Source of the DNA: Candidatus Bathyarchaeia archaeon
GTDB taxonomy: Archaea; Thermoproteota; Bathyarchaeia; Bathyarchaeales; Bathycorpusculaceae
Assembly (NCBI GenBank): GCA_049516875.1
Contig: JBEKSS010000012.1
Span: 1-64,000, forward strand
Direction: 5' to 3'
DNA: 64,000 nt
This document shows, one piece after another, positions 20,379-31,373 of this stretch. How positions within the stretch are numbered: position 1 is the stretch's first letter; the number at the start of each line of letters is the position of its first letter. The notes beneath the pieces were generated by a model. That model saw only the letters and a program-made list of their open reading frames with translations, was not told the origin of the DNA and ran no database searches. A program made the translations under genes and the position numbers.

Positions 20379-21164
20379 GTGACGTTCACGCTGGAGACAC
20401 TGATTTTTAGCTTATTCATAGGGGTTTCAGTGGGTGTTTCAGCAGGCTATTTAGGTTCCCTCATGGTCCTAAAGAAAATGGCACTTGTTGGCGATGCATT
20501 TTCGCACGTCGCGTTGCCCGGGCTCGCGCTGGGGCTTCTGTTCCATTTCCCCGTTTTCCTAGGGTCGTTTGCCGTCCTCTTCGTGGCGGCCGTGACTATT
20601 TGGTACTTGGGAAGGGTCACGAAATTATCTTTCGAATCCATCGTGGGAGCCACATTCACGTTAGCTTTGGCAATAGGAATACTGATGATACCTGACCGAT
20701 TTGATCTGCTGGAATCTCTTTTCGGCGACATAACCAACGTGACTCTACTGGACGCAATAGCAGCAGTAACCATTTCTATTGCAGCGATTCTTCTTACGAA
20801 GATGATTTACAAGAAACTCGTCTTAGGTATGATTTCGGAAGAACTGGCAGTCTCGAAAGGCATTAACGTTTCCAGGACAGATCTTTTGTATCTTCTGCTA
20901 GTCTCCCTCGTAGTAGCCACGGGCATAAAAATCGTTGGAAGCCTTTTGGTCGGTTTCTTAGTCGCGGTTCCCGCGGCATCCGCGAAGAACATAAGTTCCA
21001 ACCTACTCAAATACGCAGTGATGAGCTCAGCCTTTGGGGCCATCAGCGCCTCCTCAGGGGTCTTGCTATCAAACTATCTGAACGTGCAATCAGGGCCCAT
21101 GGTGGTTATCTCTGGAATCACGGTTTTCGCAGTAACAATAGTGCTAAGATGGAAGACAAAGTGA
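20379..21164 (+). CDS. Zn/Mn ABC transporter permease (ZnuB-like)
   Basis: MALVGDAFSHVALPG, LFGDI. Confidence 0.9.
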   Translation: MTFTLETLIFSLFIGVSVGVSAGYLGSLMVLKKMALVGDAFSHVALPGLALGLLFHFPVFLGSFAVLFVAAVTIWYLGRVTKLSFESIVGATFTLALAIGILMIPDRFDLLESLFGDITNVTLLDAIAAVTISIAAILLTKMIYKKLVLGMISEELAVSKGINVSRTDLLYLLLVSLVVATGIKIVGSLLVGFLVAVPAASAKNISSNLLKYAVMSSAFGAISASSGVLLSNYLNVQSGPMVVISGITVFAVTIVLRWKTK

Positions 21165-21195
21165 CGCGCACAGTCATTGACTTTTACATTCATTT

Positions 21196-23634
21196 CTACT
21201 TCGGATTCCGTTTAAACATCAGGAGCTTCGCAATTTCTCGCCACCCGATAGTGAGAAGAGCTAAGGCGAAGATCAAGCCAATCTGGCTGGCCGTGAGTGT
21301 TGAAAGCTTAAGTTGGACGCCCACAGAAGGCACGGCGACTGCTACGAGCAGGAAGGAGAAGGCAAGAACGGCCCAGACATCCATCACCCTATTTGACAAG
21401 GGACCCACGATGTAAAGCGGTTCGTTCTCTGAACGCATGACGAAGGCAAGGATTATGTGTCCCATTATCCAAGCGGAGAAGGCGAAAGTCTGTGTTTCAA
21501 CGTTTGAAAAGCCTTGCCAACGTGCATAAAAGTATGCAAGCATCACGGCTGCGAAGAGACTTGCCGCAGATATTGCAAGGTCGATTATCATTTTTGAATC
21601 AGGGAACTTTGCTTTGGGGTCTCTTGGCTTTCGGTTGTAAATCGTTCTTTCTGCGGGCTCCGTGACGAATCCAGCAGACGCGGCGAGGTCCATGAATAGT
21701 TCGAGAACGATTATTTGTATTGGGGCAAAGGGCAAAGGCACGCCCAGAGCTAGGGGCAAAAGGAAGATTGAGATTAATGCAGCTTTGACGGCCAGATAGT
21801 ACTTAAGTCCTTTTCTGAGGTTGTCAAATAACGCGCGGCCTTCAAAGACTGCGTGCCCGATGGTTACAAAATTGTCGTCAGTCAACACCACATCCGCCGC
21901 TTCTTTAGCCGCATCAGTGCCTTTCACGCCCATCGCGATGCCGACATCTGCCCCTTTTAGGGCCAGCGTGTCGTTGACGCCGTCGCCTGTTACCGCGACA
22001 ACTTCGTTGTTGGCGTGCAGCGCTTTCACGAGCCGATACTTGTCCTCGGGCGTGGTCCTTGCAAAAACGGAAACCTCCTTCACGGTTTTCTGCAGTTCCC
22101 CATCAGAAAGCTCGTGAAGCTCCTCTCCTGTTAGAACCTTCTCCGAGGGGATGCTGACGCTTTCTGCAATGTAGGCGGCGGTTTGTGGGTGATCGCCAGT
22201 GACCATGATCGTCCTGATCCCTGCTTTGTTAATGGCCTCTATGGTTTCCTTGACGCCTTGGCGCGGGGGATCTTCAATCGAGACCAGACCGACGAAGTCC
22301 CAGTTTCTCTCCAACTCTGAAAAGGGCATGTCTACTTCTTCAGCGGATATGGCTTTTTCTGCAACGGCGATTACTCTTCTCCCTTTCGCTGTTTCTTCTT
22401 TGAGCTCTTCGTCAAGAGGCCCGTTGCTGCTTGGTGAGCCTAATATTCCCTCAGGCGCTCCAACAGTCGAGAGCCAGTGCCCCCCATTTCCCGCGCGCAA
22501 GACGGATTTGGTCCGTTTGTTGATGTCAAAACCGCGTTCGCGTAGAATTCTTCCCAGGCTCGTTTTGACTCCGAGTTCGCGGATTTTTTCCAGAACTGCC
22601 TTGTCAGTTGGGGACAGTGACATTTCAGTTAAGGCAGCCGCAGCTGCTCCAAGCGTTCTGGCCTCTTCTTTCCGCGGATAGACCTGAGCAACTTGCATCT
22701 TGTTCTCAGTGATTGTTCCTGTCTTGTCAGTAACTATGACGGTTGCGTCGCCAAGAACTTCTGCAGCTTTAAGCTTCTTAACCAAGAAACCTTTCTGCGA
22801 AAGCCTGTAAGAGCCTAATCCCAAAATCATCGTGATTATGATTGGCAATTCTTCAGGGATGGCTGCAAACGCAAGGGCAAGCCCTGTCAAGACCAGCTGG
22901 GCAAGATTCTGCGAACCGAAGCGCAAGACGCCTATGAGCGGTATGATCACACTGAAGAATATGGCAACGTAAGCAAGGGTTTTCGAGAGTGCCTTCATCG
23001 CCAATTGTAATGGTGTCTTGGGAGGTTTGATCATCTGGGCCATGGCGGAAATCTTGCCGAATCTAGTGTTTCTGCCGGTGGCGTGTGCTTCTCCTTTTCC
23101 TTCGCCCGAAACTATCAGAGTTCCGGCATAAACGTCGTCTCCGACCTTTTTCTCTTGAGGAAGGGACTCGCCTGTCAGAACTGACTCATCAACTTGCACG
23201 TCATAGCCCACGTCAAGTTTGCAGTCAGCGGCGATCCGTGTGCCCTCAGTGAAAACCAGAACGTCGCCGGGAACCACTTTCTCAGTCTCAACCTCAACTA
23301 TCGTGCCGTCCCGCGCAACTCTGGTTTTCGGGGCAGCCAGCTCAGAAAGCGCGGATATGGCTTTCTTGGCGCGGTATTCGTTCCAGATTTCAACAAAAAC
23401 CAGCACGAAGATAACGCTGAAGATTGTCAGAGCATCTTGCAAGCTTCCCAAGACCGTGTAGACTACACCCACAAAAAGCAACAGCAGTATCATAGGTTCG
23501 GCGACTTCTTCTTTAGCGATGCCGAGGAAACTTGTCTTCTGAGGTTCAGAAAGCTGGTTTGGCCCTGCCTGCTCAAGCCTCCTCGCAGCTTCGACTTGAG
23601 AAAGTCCCTTTGACTCTCCGCCAGAGCTTTCCAT
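21196..23634 (-). CDS. Cation-transporting P-type ATPase (type II)
   Basis: TGES, IPEEL, DKTGT, TGDH, GDGVND. Confidence 0.95.
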   Translation of the reverse strand: MESSGGESKGLSQVEAARRLEQAGPNQLSEPQKTSFLGIAKEEVAEPMILLLLFVGVVYTVLGSLQDALTIFSVIFVLVFVEIWNEYRAKKAISALSELAAPKTRVARDGTIVEVETEKVVPGDVLVFTEGTRIAADCKLDVGYDVQVDESVLTGESLPQEKKVGDDVYAGTLIVSGEGKGEAHATGRNTRFGKISAMAQMIKPPKTPLQLAMKALSKTLAYVAIFFSVIIPLIGVLRFGSQNLAQLVLTGLALAFAAIPEELPIIITMILGLGSYRLSQKGFLVKKLKAAEVLGDATVIVTDKTGTITENKMQVAQVYPRKEEARTLGAAAAALTEMSLSPTDKAVLEKIRELGVKTSLGRILRERGFDINKRTKSVLRAGNGGHWLSTVGAPEGILGSPSSNGPLDEELKEETAKGRRVIAVAEKAISAEEVDMPFSELERNWDFVGLVSIEDPPRQGVKETIEAINKAGIRTIMVTGDHPQTAAYIAESVSIPSEKVLTGEELHELSDGELQKTVKEVSVFARTTPEDKYRLVKALHANNEVVAVTGDGVNDTLALKGADVGIAMGVKGTDAAKEAADVVLTDDNFVTIGHAVFEGRALFDNLRKGLKYYLAVKAALISIFLLPLALGVPLPFAPIQIIVLELFMDLAASAGFVTEPAERTIYNRKPRDPKAKFPDSKMIIDLAISAASLFAAVMLAYFYARWQGFSNVETQTFAFSAWIMGHIILAFVMRSENEPLYIVGPLSNRVMDVWAVLAFSFLLVAVAVPSVGVQLKLSTLTASQIGLIFALALLTIGWREIAKLLMFKRNPK

Positions 23635-23948
23635 AATTCGCTTTAAGCCAGTTCCAATTTTTAAGAGTTTGTACCTTAAAGCGCGCTAAGTCACTTGTTA
23701 CAATTGACGCACTTTCCAACATTGCCTTAAGGAGCTTCAAGTTACAATTTGTTACAAAAACGTCGTCGTCAAAAAAAATAGTTTGTCCTCAGAGCCTTCA
23801 TTGCAGCTCTTGGACTTCTTATTCTCTCGGTTTCTGAGAGCCTTTTGTTACAGGTCGGCAATCACGCGCGCGAGTTCCGTGTCAGTCCTCGATTTCTTCG
23901 CAGTGTCCGCCCTTCTCAAACTGGCATCGGCGTGCAAGGCCGGATTTA

Positions 23949-23978
23949 AACCATTTTTAACCATTTTTAACCATTTTA
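23949..23978. repeat. Tandem 10-mer AACCATTTTT x3
   Basis: Read directly; last copy has one mismatch. Confidence 0.9.
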
Positions 23979-24080
23979 GAAACACGCATGCGCGCTGATT
24001 TCTTTCCCTTTCTTGTCCTGATTGAAATTGATTTATAAGTATTCAGGGTTACAGAAAAAGAGAAATGAGGGTGATAAAAC

Positions 24081-24359
24081 GTGAAAATACAAATCGAGTT
24101 TGAAGATAAATGGGCTGTAATTTTGATCATGTTTCTGACGATAGTGGGTTGGATAGTCTCGTTTAGTCTAATCTATACTACCTATTATTTATCCACTGGT
24201 CAAGACCCGCTTAGCTGGACTGCGGGTTGGATGCCGCCTTGGGTTCATGATATTATAGCATATGTGGGCAAAAATGGTGGCTATTTTTCTGTTATAGGCA
24301 GCACAATTGTTGGCACAATCATAGCCGTGATTATTTGGAGAGGTCATAAAGGAAGATAA
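24081..24359 (+). CDS. Hypothetical 2-TM membrane protein in an AT-rich unit
   Basis: TTTATAAG box, GAGGGTGA SD, two hydrophobic segments. Confidence 0.7.
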   Translation: MKIQIEFEDKWAVILIMFLTIVGWIVSFSLIYTTYYLSTGQDPLSWTAGWMPPWVHDIIAYVGKNGGYFSVIGSTIVGTIIAVIIWRGHKGR

Positions 24360-24580
24360 AAACAGTGACGCCTTAACACGCCCAAACCTGAACCAACTGC
24401 AATTGCTTTTTCATGATACTGAAAGTTTAACTTAGCTTGATGAAAATACTGACAGAACGAATTCATATGCCGGTTGAAATTGAGATAGTCGGGGTCGATA
24501 AGCTTTTTCATTATGCGCGCGCTTGAACAATGGGGAGTCTTGAGTCCCTCCGATAGTTCGTTGAAAACAAGAATGAGTGT

Positions 24581-25432
24581 TTACTCAACTCTTTTTCGCT
24601 TCAGGCTCGTAACTGCCGCTGAAAACTTCTCTTCCACATCCTCGAATGAACTGCCCAGGATCTTTATATTCTCTAGGTTGCCTTCTCCGAGACCTCTTTT
24701 CACAGCCTCGTGCAGCACCGGCATCTTTTCAGGTTTCAAGCCTGCTAGAACTGCTCCAACCGTTTCCACTGCAATCGCGTCTCTGCCAACCAGAAGAGTG
24801 TTCATCTTCACCCGGTATTTTGCACGCTCTGATGCAGCAGGCGGCCTGGCGCCTGGTCCTCTGTAAAGGAATGTGCCGTCAATTACCGCCAAGTCTATTC
24901 CGCCTATCGCTTCGTAGATGTCGGGCAGAAGCTTGTCCAGTTTCTTGTGGAACTTTGCCTTCTTCGGGTCTGGAACCAAGCCGAAAAGGTTCTTCAAAAC
25001 GCTTCCTCTTTCGAACCCTCGCAGCACGTGGGAGCTCACGAAAACGTTGGGTTTGAAGAGTATGTGCGAAAGACGCATTTCTTCATCCGCCAGTTTGACT
25101 TTCTTCGTCTCCGTATCATCTGACAGGTTGAAGGGCACGACGCGTTCCGAGAAGAGCTCCTTCCAGATTTGAAGCCTTTCAGAACCCTTTCCCCTGTAGT
25201 TGTCTGATTCGGCCAAGAAAATCTGCGGAGCCTTGCTGAAACCCCTGATGATAGCATCAACCACGCTGACAGTCGTGTGATTCTCATCTTCAGGATCGAA
25301 GACCCCGACCTTAATGACCACAGAACGCTTAGACGTGTTCAGATCATCTATTCTTCCTATGAGCTCAAGCGCCCGCTCAAAGGATTTCTGAACACTCCCT
25401 TCAAACTCTACTACCGCAACTTTGGACCCCAT
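24581..25432 (-). CDS. DUF362 domain protein
   Basis: KVAVV, VVIK, LKNLFG, AVIDG, D.IAVETV; ATG at 25432 after GGAGGAGG. Confidence 0.85.
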   Translation of the reverse strand: MGSKVAVVEFEGSVQKSFERALELIGRIDDLNTSKRSVVIKVGVFDPEDENHTTVSVVDAIIRGFSKAPQIFLAESDNYRGKGSERLQIWKELFSERVVPFNLSDDTETKKVKLADEEMRLSHILFKPNVFVSSHVLRGFERGSVLKNLFGLVPDPKKAKFHKKLDKLLPDIYEAIGGIDLAVIDGTFLYRGPGARPPAASERAKYRVKMNTLLVGRDAIAVETVGAVLAGLKPEKMPVLHEAVKRGLGEGNLENIKILGSSFEDVEEKFSAAVTSLKRKRVE

Positions 25433-25622
25433 AAACGTGCCCTCCTCCTCTCTCTCACGAACGTTGGAAGATAACTCTTTCCGAATCCTAGAACAAAAAT
25501 GTGTTCCCACGGGCAACTCTAGTTACCGAAAGGAAAAATCCTTGCTCAGAAAGTAGTCCACAATGTTCCACAGTTCGCACGCGCAAAATTGCATGTTTCT
25601 CTTTGATCGTTAGTCTGCGACG

Positions 25623-27053
25623 CTAGGTGATGCTACGGAGGTTTCCTACGATTCCGCCTAGGCGGGTAAGGTTGTTCACGACGGTTCTGACGCGATAGGG
25701 ACTTTTGATCAGTCTCGCCATTTGCTTTGAAACAAAGCTTGGCCGTCGGGCAAAGTGGTAGAAGCCATCATGAACCATCCACCTTATTTCGTTGTAAGGC
25801 ACTGCTGTAGGGCATATCTCTGAGACTGCAATTCCTGTCTCCCAGTAATCGCCGCCTTTCAGAAGGCCCTTGGCTTCGAACTCGTCCCAAATCTCCGTTC
25901 CAGGGTAAACTCCGAGAATGTTGAACTGCGGTATATCTATCGGAATTCTGCTTGCAAACTCTATTGTGTTCCGAATTTCTTCCCTAGTCTCATCGGGCGC
26001 ACCGACGATGAAAGATCCGACTATCACGTCAGCTCCCGCCTTTCTGGCTGTTCTTACAGCAGTTCGGGACTGTTCAGGCGTTATCCGCTTGTTGTAGTAG
26101 TCCAGAATTCTCTGATTGGCACTTTCGATGCCAAAATAAAGGATCTTGCAGCCTGCTCTAGCGGTTTCCCAGAACATCTCGTAAGAGCCACTGTCGACTC
26201 TTCCTTCGCATATCCACTCCATGTCCAGCTTTTCCCTTCTCATCTCCCTGCAAAGCCTTATCACGTTCTTCGGGTTGCCAGTGAAATTGTCATCAACAAA
26301 GATGAACTGCTTGTACCCCTCCGAAGCAAGAAAAAGGAGTTCTTCCATAGTGTTCTTGACGGATCTGGGTCTCCACCTGTTGTGGGCGAACTGTGTGCAG
26401 CAACAGAACCGACAACGGTAAACGCAGCCGCGTGAAGAAACAATACTGGTGAACTTTCTCGGCGCCACGTTGGCTCCTGCCATCACGGAATGATAGTCTT
26501 CACTAACAAGTGAACGATCCGGGAAAGGAAGACTGTCCAAATCCTTTATCAGAGGACTGTCGGCTGTGGAGGCCAATCCACTTTCATTCCTGAAGTTGAT
26601 TCCGAGAACGTCCTTCAGTCTTCCCTTGTGCTTGACACAATCGACCAAGTCGATGACCGTTCGTTCTCCTTCGCCGCGCACGATGATGTCAACTGAAAGA
26701 TACTTTCTCAGAACTCTTTCTGGATTAAATGTGGCGTAATAATTCCCCAAAACCACGGTAATATTCGGGTTCTCCTTTTTGACCTCACGACTTATCAGCG
26801 CGGCTGTACGGCCGGAAGTTGCAAATGTTGAAAACCCCAGAATATCCGGGTTCTCAGCCTTCACCCATTTTACCGTTTCTCTAATCGTGAGACCTTTCGC
26901 CGCCTGATCCAGTACAGAGACCTCGACGCCCTTATCCTCCAGTACCGCAGCCAAATACAGGATCCCCAGAGGAGGCCATGCGCCAACGGACTTTTTCCCT
27001 TCACGCTCATCAAGATCCGAGTTTGGACCAGCATTGACGAAAGAGAATTTCAT
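25623..27053 (-). CDS. B12-binding radical SAM protein
   Basis: PPLGILYLAA, SSRGCVYRCRFC, FVDDNF, GIES. Confidence 0.95.
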   Translation of the reverse strand: MKFSFVNAGPNSDLDEREGKKSVGAWPPLGILYLAAVLEDKGVEVSVLDQAAKGLTIRETVKWVKAENPDILGFSTFATSGRTAALISREVKKENPNITVVLGNYYATFNPERVLRKYLSVDIIVRGEGERTVIDLVDCVKHKGRLKDVLGINFRNESGLASTADSPLIKDLDSLPFPDRSLVSEDYHSVMAGANVAPRKFTSIVSSRGCVYRCRFCCCTQFAHNRWRPRSVKNTMEELLFLASEGYKQFIFVDDNFTGNPKNVIRLCREMRREKLDMEWICEGRVDSGSYEMFWETARAGCKILYFGIESANQRILDYYNKRITPEQSRTAVRTARKAGADVIVGSFIVGAPDETREEIRNTIEFASRIPIDIPQFNILGVYPGTEIWDEFEAKGLLKGGDYWETGIAVSEICPTAVPYNEIRWMVHDGFYHFARRPSFVSKQMARLIKSPYRVRTVVNNLTRLGGIVGNLRSIT

Positions 27054-27174
27054 GCCTCGACCTCACTCCGCCTAAATCTTCATTGAATAATACTATTATT
27101 GCTTTCGATAATCAACGTTTTGAGCTTGCGCAGGCGACCCAACTGAGCTGCATCTTCTTGATAACAGGCGCTGT

Positions 27175-28023
27175 TTATCTCAGACTTTCCATTAGCGCCT
27201 GCAAGCCGCTTGATGCAAGAACCAACAGCTCCAACGTTTTGTACGCTTCCGCCATGCCTTTGGCTGTGTACTCGACCCTTAATCCGTCGATTCTTCTGAT
27301 GCTGGGCAACAGTTCGGCAGCATCCGCATACTGGCTTGCCAAGAAGGTTATCCCCATTTTCACGGGTTTCTTGGCTACCAACAGTTCGAGTTTGCCCTTT
27401 TTCTGCGCAGCTACTGCCCTTCTGACAGCTACTCGCAGTTCCTTCTCGATACTAACCATGCTTGCGCTCTTTGCTGAAAGCCGACTCAGAGAGGTTTTCA
27501 AGGCCACGGTCTCAGCCCACGGCGCGTATCTCCTGACATCATCCTCCAGAAGCTGAGCCTCACCGGCAACCAAAGCAACGGGAACGCCTAGCTCTCCGGC
27601 AACGTACGCGTTGAGTAGGAATTCGCTGGCGGCTACTCCGTTTACTTCCACGAGGTTTATGCTCGCACTGCTGTAAGTGTGGTCAAAGGTTGATTTTGCG
27701 GTCCCGAATTTCGCGTGGTACCCGAGGAACATCGCTGTTTTGCAGCCTTCAATCCCTGAGACCATGCTTAATGGACGAGGAAAACCTCTCACGATTTCCA
27801 CGTACTCGGGCAAGTCTTCGACTAGAAGATTAACCATGGGCCCGTGACTATCGGCAATTACGATTTTTTCGAAACCGTTTTTGTTCAGCTCCTCTGCCGC
27901 AATCAACGTGATCTTGGTGGCGATTCTTCTTGCCTCATCATACAATGAACCCTTCAAGTTCAAGTGACCCGGGATGACAATGTAAGGCATGCCCTCGAGA
28001 TCAACTGAAATGAAAGCCTTCAT
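27175..28023 (-). CDS. M55 D-aminopeptidase (DppA family)
   Basis: ISVDLEG, DSHG, GYHA, HTYS. Confidence 0.95.
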   Translation of the reverse strand: MKAFISVDLEGMPYIVIPGHLNLKGSLYDEARRIATKITLIAAEELNKNGFEKIVIADSHGPMVNLLVEDLPEYVEIVRGFPRPLSMVSGIEGCKTAMFLGYHAKFGTAKSTFDHTYSSASINLVEVNGVAASEFLLNAYVAGELGVPVALVAGEAQLLEDDVRRYAPWAETVALKTSLSRLSAKSASMVSIEKELRVAVRRAVAAQKKGKLELLVAKKPVKMGITFLASQYADAAELLPSIRRIDGLRVEYTAKGMAEAYKTLELLVLASSGLQALMESLR

Positions 28024-28218
28024 AAAACTCACTCAATACAGTTGCATGAGAATGCGATTTAAGAATTACTATTTCTCCGACAGCCAATGTGATTGCGCAC
28101 CTTTGCAGACTCAAACTCAAGAGGCAATGTTGCCTAGACCTATGCTGATTTTTCAAAGATTCTTTTTTATACAAGCAGTGTGCGTAATAGATTCGGAGTG
28201 TGCTGTGAAGGGATTTCG

Positions 28219-28647
28219 ATGGCAGGGATGTTGACGGTTAGAGAGGTAATGACGCGCGATGTGAAGGTCGTCAGAGAAGACACAAGCATGCAAGAAGTGG
28301 TTGCCACAATGATAAAATTCGACATAAGCAGCGTGATTGTTGTTCAGAAGGAGAGACCTATTGGACTGATAACTCACAAGGACATTTTGACCAAAGTGCT
28401 TCAACCGGAATTTGTTCCCGCTACACTGACCGCGAGGAACATCATGTCCACGAACCTCACCACAATAGGAGAAGAGGCCAGTTTGGAAGAGGCAGCGAAA
28501 CTTATGGCCAAGAAGAGATTCAAAAAACTGCCAGTAGTGCGAGACGGCAAGGTCATCGGCATAATCACAAGCACGGACATTGCCAGGGAAGAGCCTAGAC
28601 TAACAAAGCTTTTTGAGGATCTTCTGAAATATTGCCCTAAACGCTGA
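28219..28647 (+). CDS. CBS-pair protein
   Basis: VREVM...IGLIT..D and LPVV..G.VIGIIT..D; ATG at 28219 inferred. Confidence 0.9.
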   Translation: MAGMLTVREVMTRDVKVVREDTSMQEVVATMIKFDISSVIVVQKERPIGLITHKDILTKVLQPEFVPATLTARNIMSTNLTTIGEEASLEEAAKLMAKKRFKKLPVVRDGKVIGIITSTDIAREEPRLTKLFEDLLKYCPKR

Positions 28648-28664
28648 AAAGGCGCGCGTTAACA

Positions 28665-30113
28665 CTACTCCATAGGAAGGTTGTAGTGTTCTTCTATCAT
28701 GTGATGGTACTGGTCCACCGGCATGCGAGAGGCGAACGCTCTTTGCACAACTTCGCTCAGGGCGGGGTGAATGTGCATTCCTTCGATTATTGGCTCTGCG
28801 CTTTGGGTAGGAGTGTACATGAGGGTTATTATCTCTTGGATGAGGATGGATGCGTATGGTCCGATGATGTGTGCACCCAGGATCTTCGTTGTAGTCGACT
28901 CGACTATAACCTTGGCGAAGTAGTCTTTTACGCTCATGGCCAATCCTTTGGCGGTGTCTTCATATCTTTGGATTCCGATTAGGAGGTTGCTCTTGCCGTA
29001 TTTCTCTGCTGCTTCTCTTTCTTTGAGTCCGACGCTGGCAATCTCTGGATAGGTGAAAACGGCGTGCGGCACGGCGTGATAGTCGACTTTGATGCCTCTT
29101 TTCTGCACAGCGTTGTAATACACTAACATTGCTTCGTAGTTGGCCACGTGTTTGAAGAGGTATTTGCCGTCGGCATCCCCTAAGGCCCAAACGTTTGGCT
29201 GCGACGTTTCCAAATATTCATTGGCAACTATCCATCCGTTTTCATCCGTTCGAATTCCAGCTCTTTCTGGGTGAAGTATGTCCGTGTTCGGGCCTCTTCC
29301 TGACGCGACCAGTATTTCTTCTGCGGTTATCTCTGCTTCTTTTCCGGTCTCTCTGTTAACAGCAACCAGTTTTTTCTTACCGGCTGAAGTGTTCTCGACG
29401 CTGCGCACTTCGTGGTTCGTGATTATCGTGATGTGCTTCTGCAACTCTCTTCTTGCGAGCGCCGACACCTCGGGCTCTTCTTCAGGAATGAACTGGGGAT
29501 TCCTGCCGACGACAGTGACCTTTGATCCCATGGCGGAAAAGAAGTAGCCGTACTCTGCTGCGATGTATCCTCCGCCGATGATGGCGATGCTTTTTGGCAA
29601 CTGATCCATCTTGAGGACGGTGTCGCTGGTGTGATATCTGACGTTTTCCAAGCCTTTTATTGCTGGGATTACGGGTTTTGATCCTGTGCACAGGATAATC
29701 ATCTTTGACTTTACCGTTTCTTTGCCGACCTTCAAGGTGTATGGAGCAACGAATTCGGCTACGGTGTTGTAGTAGTCCAAGTTTTTGGTATGAGTGAGTC
29801 CTCGTCGCATTCCGTTTATGTCTGCATAAATGAGCGTTCTCATTCTCTCCATGACTGCTCGAAAATCAACGTTTTTCATCTCAACGGATATTCCAAACTC
29901 CCCTGCCCTTTCAATCGTCCTCACCAACTCGGCAGGGTACAGCAGGATCTTGGAAGGAATGCAACCGCGGGTCAGGCATATTCCACCAGGCTCGTCTTTA
30001 TCTATCACCGCAACCTTCATGTCAGGGTTATCTTGTTCCATGGCGTTCACTATTTCCATGGCAGAGCCTGAACCTATTACGATGAGGTCGTAGTCTTTCG
30101 TACTAAACACCAT
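28665..30113 (-). CDS. Dihydrolipoamide dehydrogenase-family flavoprotein
   Basis: GGICLTRGCIPSK, GGGYI..E, HIHPALSE. Confidence 0.9.
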   Translation of the reverse strand: MVFSTKDYDLIVIGSGSAMEIVNAMEQDNPDMKVAVIDKDEPGGICLTRGCIPSKILLYPAELVRTIERAGEFGISVEMKNVDFRAVMERMRTLIYADINGMRRGLTHTKNLDYYNTVAEFVAPYTLKVGKETVKSKMIILCTGSKPVIPAIKGLENVRYHTSDTVLKMDQLPKSIAIIGGGYIAAEYGYFFSAMGSKVTVVGRNPQFIPEEEPEVSALARRELQKHITIITNHEVRSVENTSAGKKKLVAVNRETGKEAEITAEEILVASGRGPNTDILHPERAGIRTDENGWIVANEYLETSQPNVWALGDADGKYLFKHVANYEAMLVYYNAVQKRGIKVDYHAVPHAVFTYPEIASVGLKEREAAEKYGKSNLLIGIQRYEDTAKGLAMSVKDYFAKVIVESTTTKILGAHIIGPYASILIQEIITLMYTPTQSAEPIIEGMHIHPALSEVVQRAFASRMPVDQYHHMIEEHYNLPME

Positions 30114-30602
30114 CCGCGCGCGTAGCTTGCCAGAGATTAGGAAGGAAAATGTAATAAGTCTAACCTTTGAGTGCGAGTTTTGATGGCGAAACGCTGGCAG
30201 AGTCTAGTTGTTTCGTGAGTATTTTCCAAATTTCGATGCTAAATTGTTTATTCGGCAAAGAGGCTCTTGGTGGGGCCGTGTTGGCTTGGACTCGCGTCCA
30301 AATCTTGCAATGGCGGTTTACAGAAAAATGATAAGCCGTTTGGTAAGAAATCGCGTGCGGACTTTAACCTGTATGGGTGTAGGGACCATACGAGCCTGGT
30401 TCCATAGAGTTTTAGACCCCCTCGTGTTAAGAAAAGGCAAGAAGCTCAACGATGACTGCGTTCATTGGAATGAAGCGAAAGATATTAAGAAGGCGTTCCG
30501 CAAATGCTGTGATGGCCACCATAGCAAGCCTTAAAAGGTTTTAGAGCAACTTGATTTATCGAATCCAAAGACAGATTCGACTGACAAAATGAAAAAGAGA
30601 GG

Positions 30603-31022
30603 ATGTTTATGACAGGAAAACCAGTGATCATGAAGATAGACAAGCCTCACTTTGTTGTTAAACTTCACGAAGATGTGCTCGAAGTGGATTTGAAGGAAGG
30701 AGCCAAGAAACATCTTGAAGATGTGGTTGAAGCAAATCCGATACTCAGGGAGAGCTTGGGGGTCCTATTCCAAACCATAATTCCGCTGGACGTCGCATTG
30801 AAGGACATAAAATCCGTGAAAGTAGACAACAAAGGCCGACTGCAAATAGTCATGCCTCTAAGAAGAGATCTGCACATTCCACTGGAGAGTGAAGAATCAG
30901 AAAGGCTCGCTGAAAAGTTGAATGAATTGATACCGTTGGCAAAACTGAAGGATGCACAGCGGATGAGCAGACTGAGTGGAGCAGAGGAAGGGCGAACAAG
31001 AGTATCACGCGTCGATGAGTAA
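30603..31022 (+). CDS. Hypothetical protein
   Basis: 139 aa ORF of natural composition. Confidence 0.65.
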   Translation: MFMTGKPVIMKIDKPHFVVKLHEDVLEVDLKEGAKKHLEDVVEANPILRESLGVLFQTIIPLDVALKDIKSVKVDNKGRLQIVMPLRRDLHIPLESEESERLAEKLNELIPLAKLKDAQRMSRLSGAEEGRTRVSRVDE

Positions 31023-31373
31023 GATACGCAAGTTATCATTCCTACCGCTCAAGTTACCAATCTCCTTATCAACCCTCGATTCCAAGTAGCGCTAGCGCGC
31101 GCTTTCATGACGAATTGACCTCTTGACTTTCGATCACGTCACAAGGCGTGACTTGGCAGATAAACCGACTTAAAAGGCCCGAGTTATTCACGAAGGCAGG
31201 GATGGAATGAAAGCCCTCTATTCACTGGGGGAAGCCTAAACTATGCTGGTGCAATCTGATTTCGGGAACTGGCGCGCTCTGTGTTTTTGCTGATTTAGCT
31301 TTTTTGTGCAAGATTTATTACTTCAATCATGAGTAACCATTAAACCGTTGGCGGTTTGCAGGAAGGTATACAC

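Noticed and set aside
22492-22498. 6-7 bp GC tracts inside genes (also ~28254 and ~37052)
   Set aside because: Expected by chance in coding DNA; not counted as junction motifs
30208-30534. 108-aa ORF
   Set aside because: No recognisable family or translation signals
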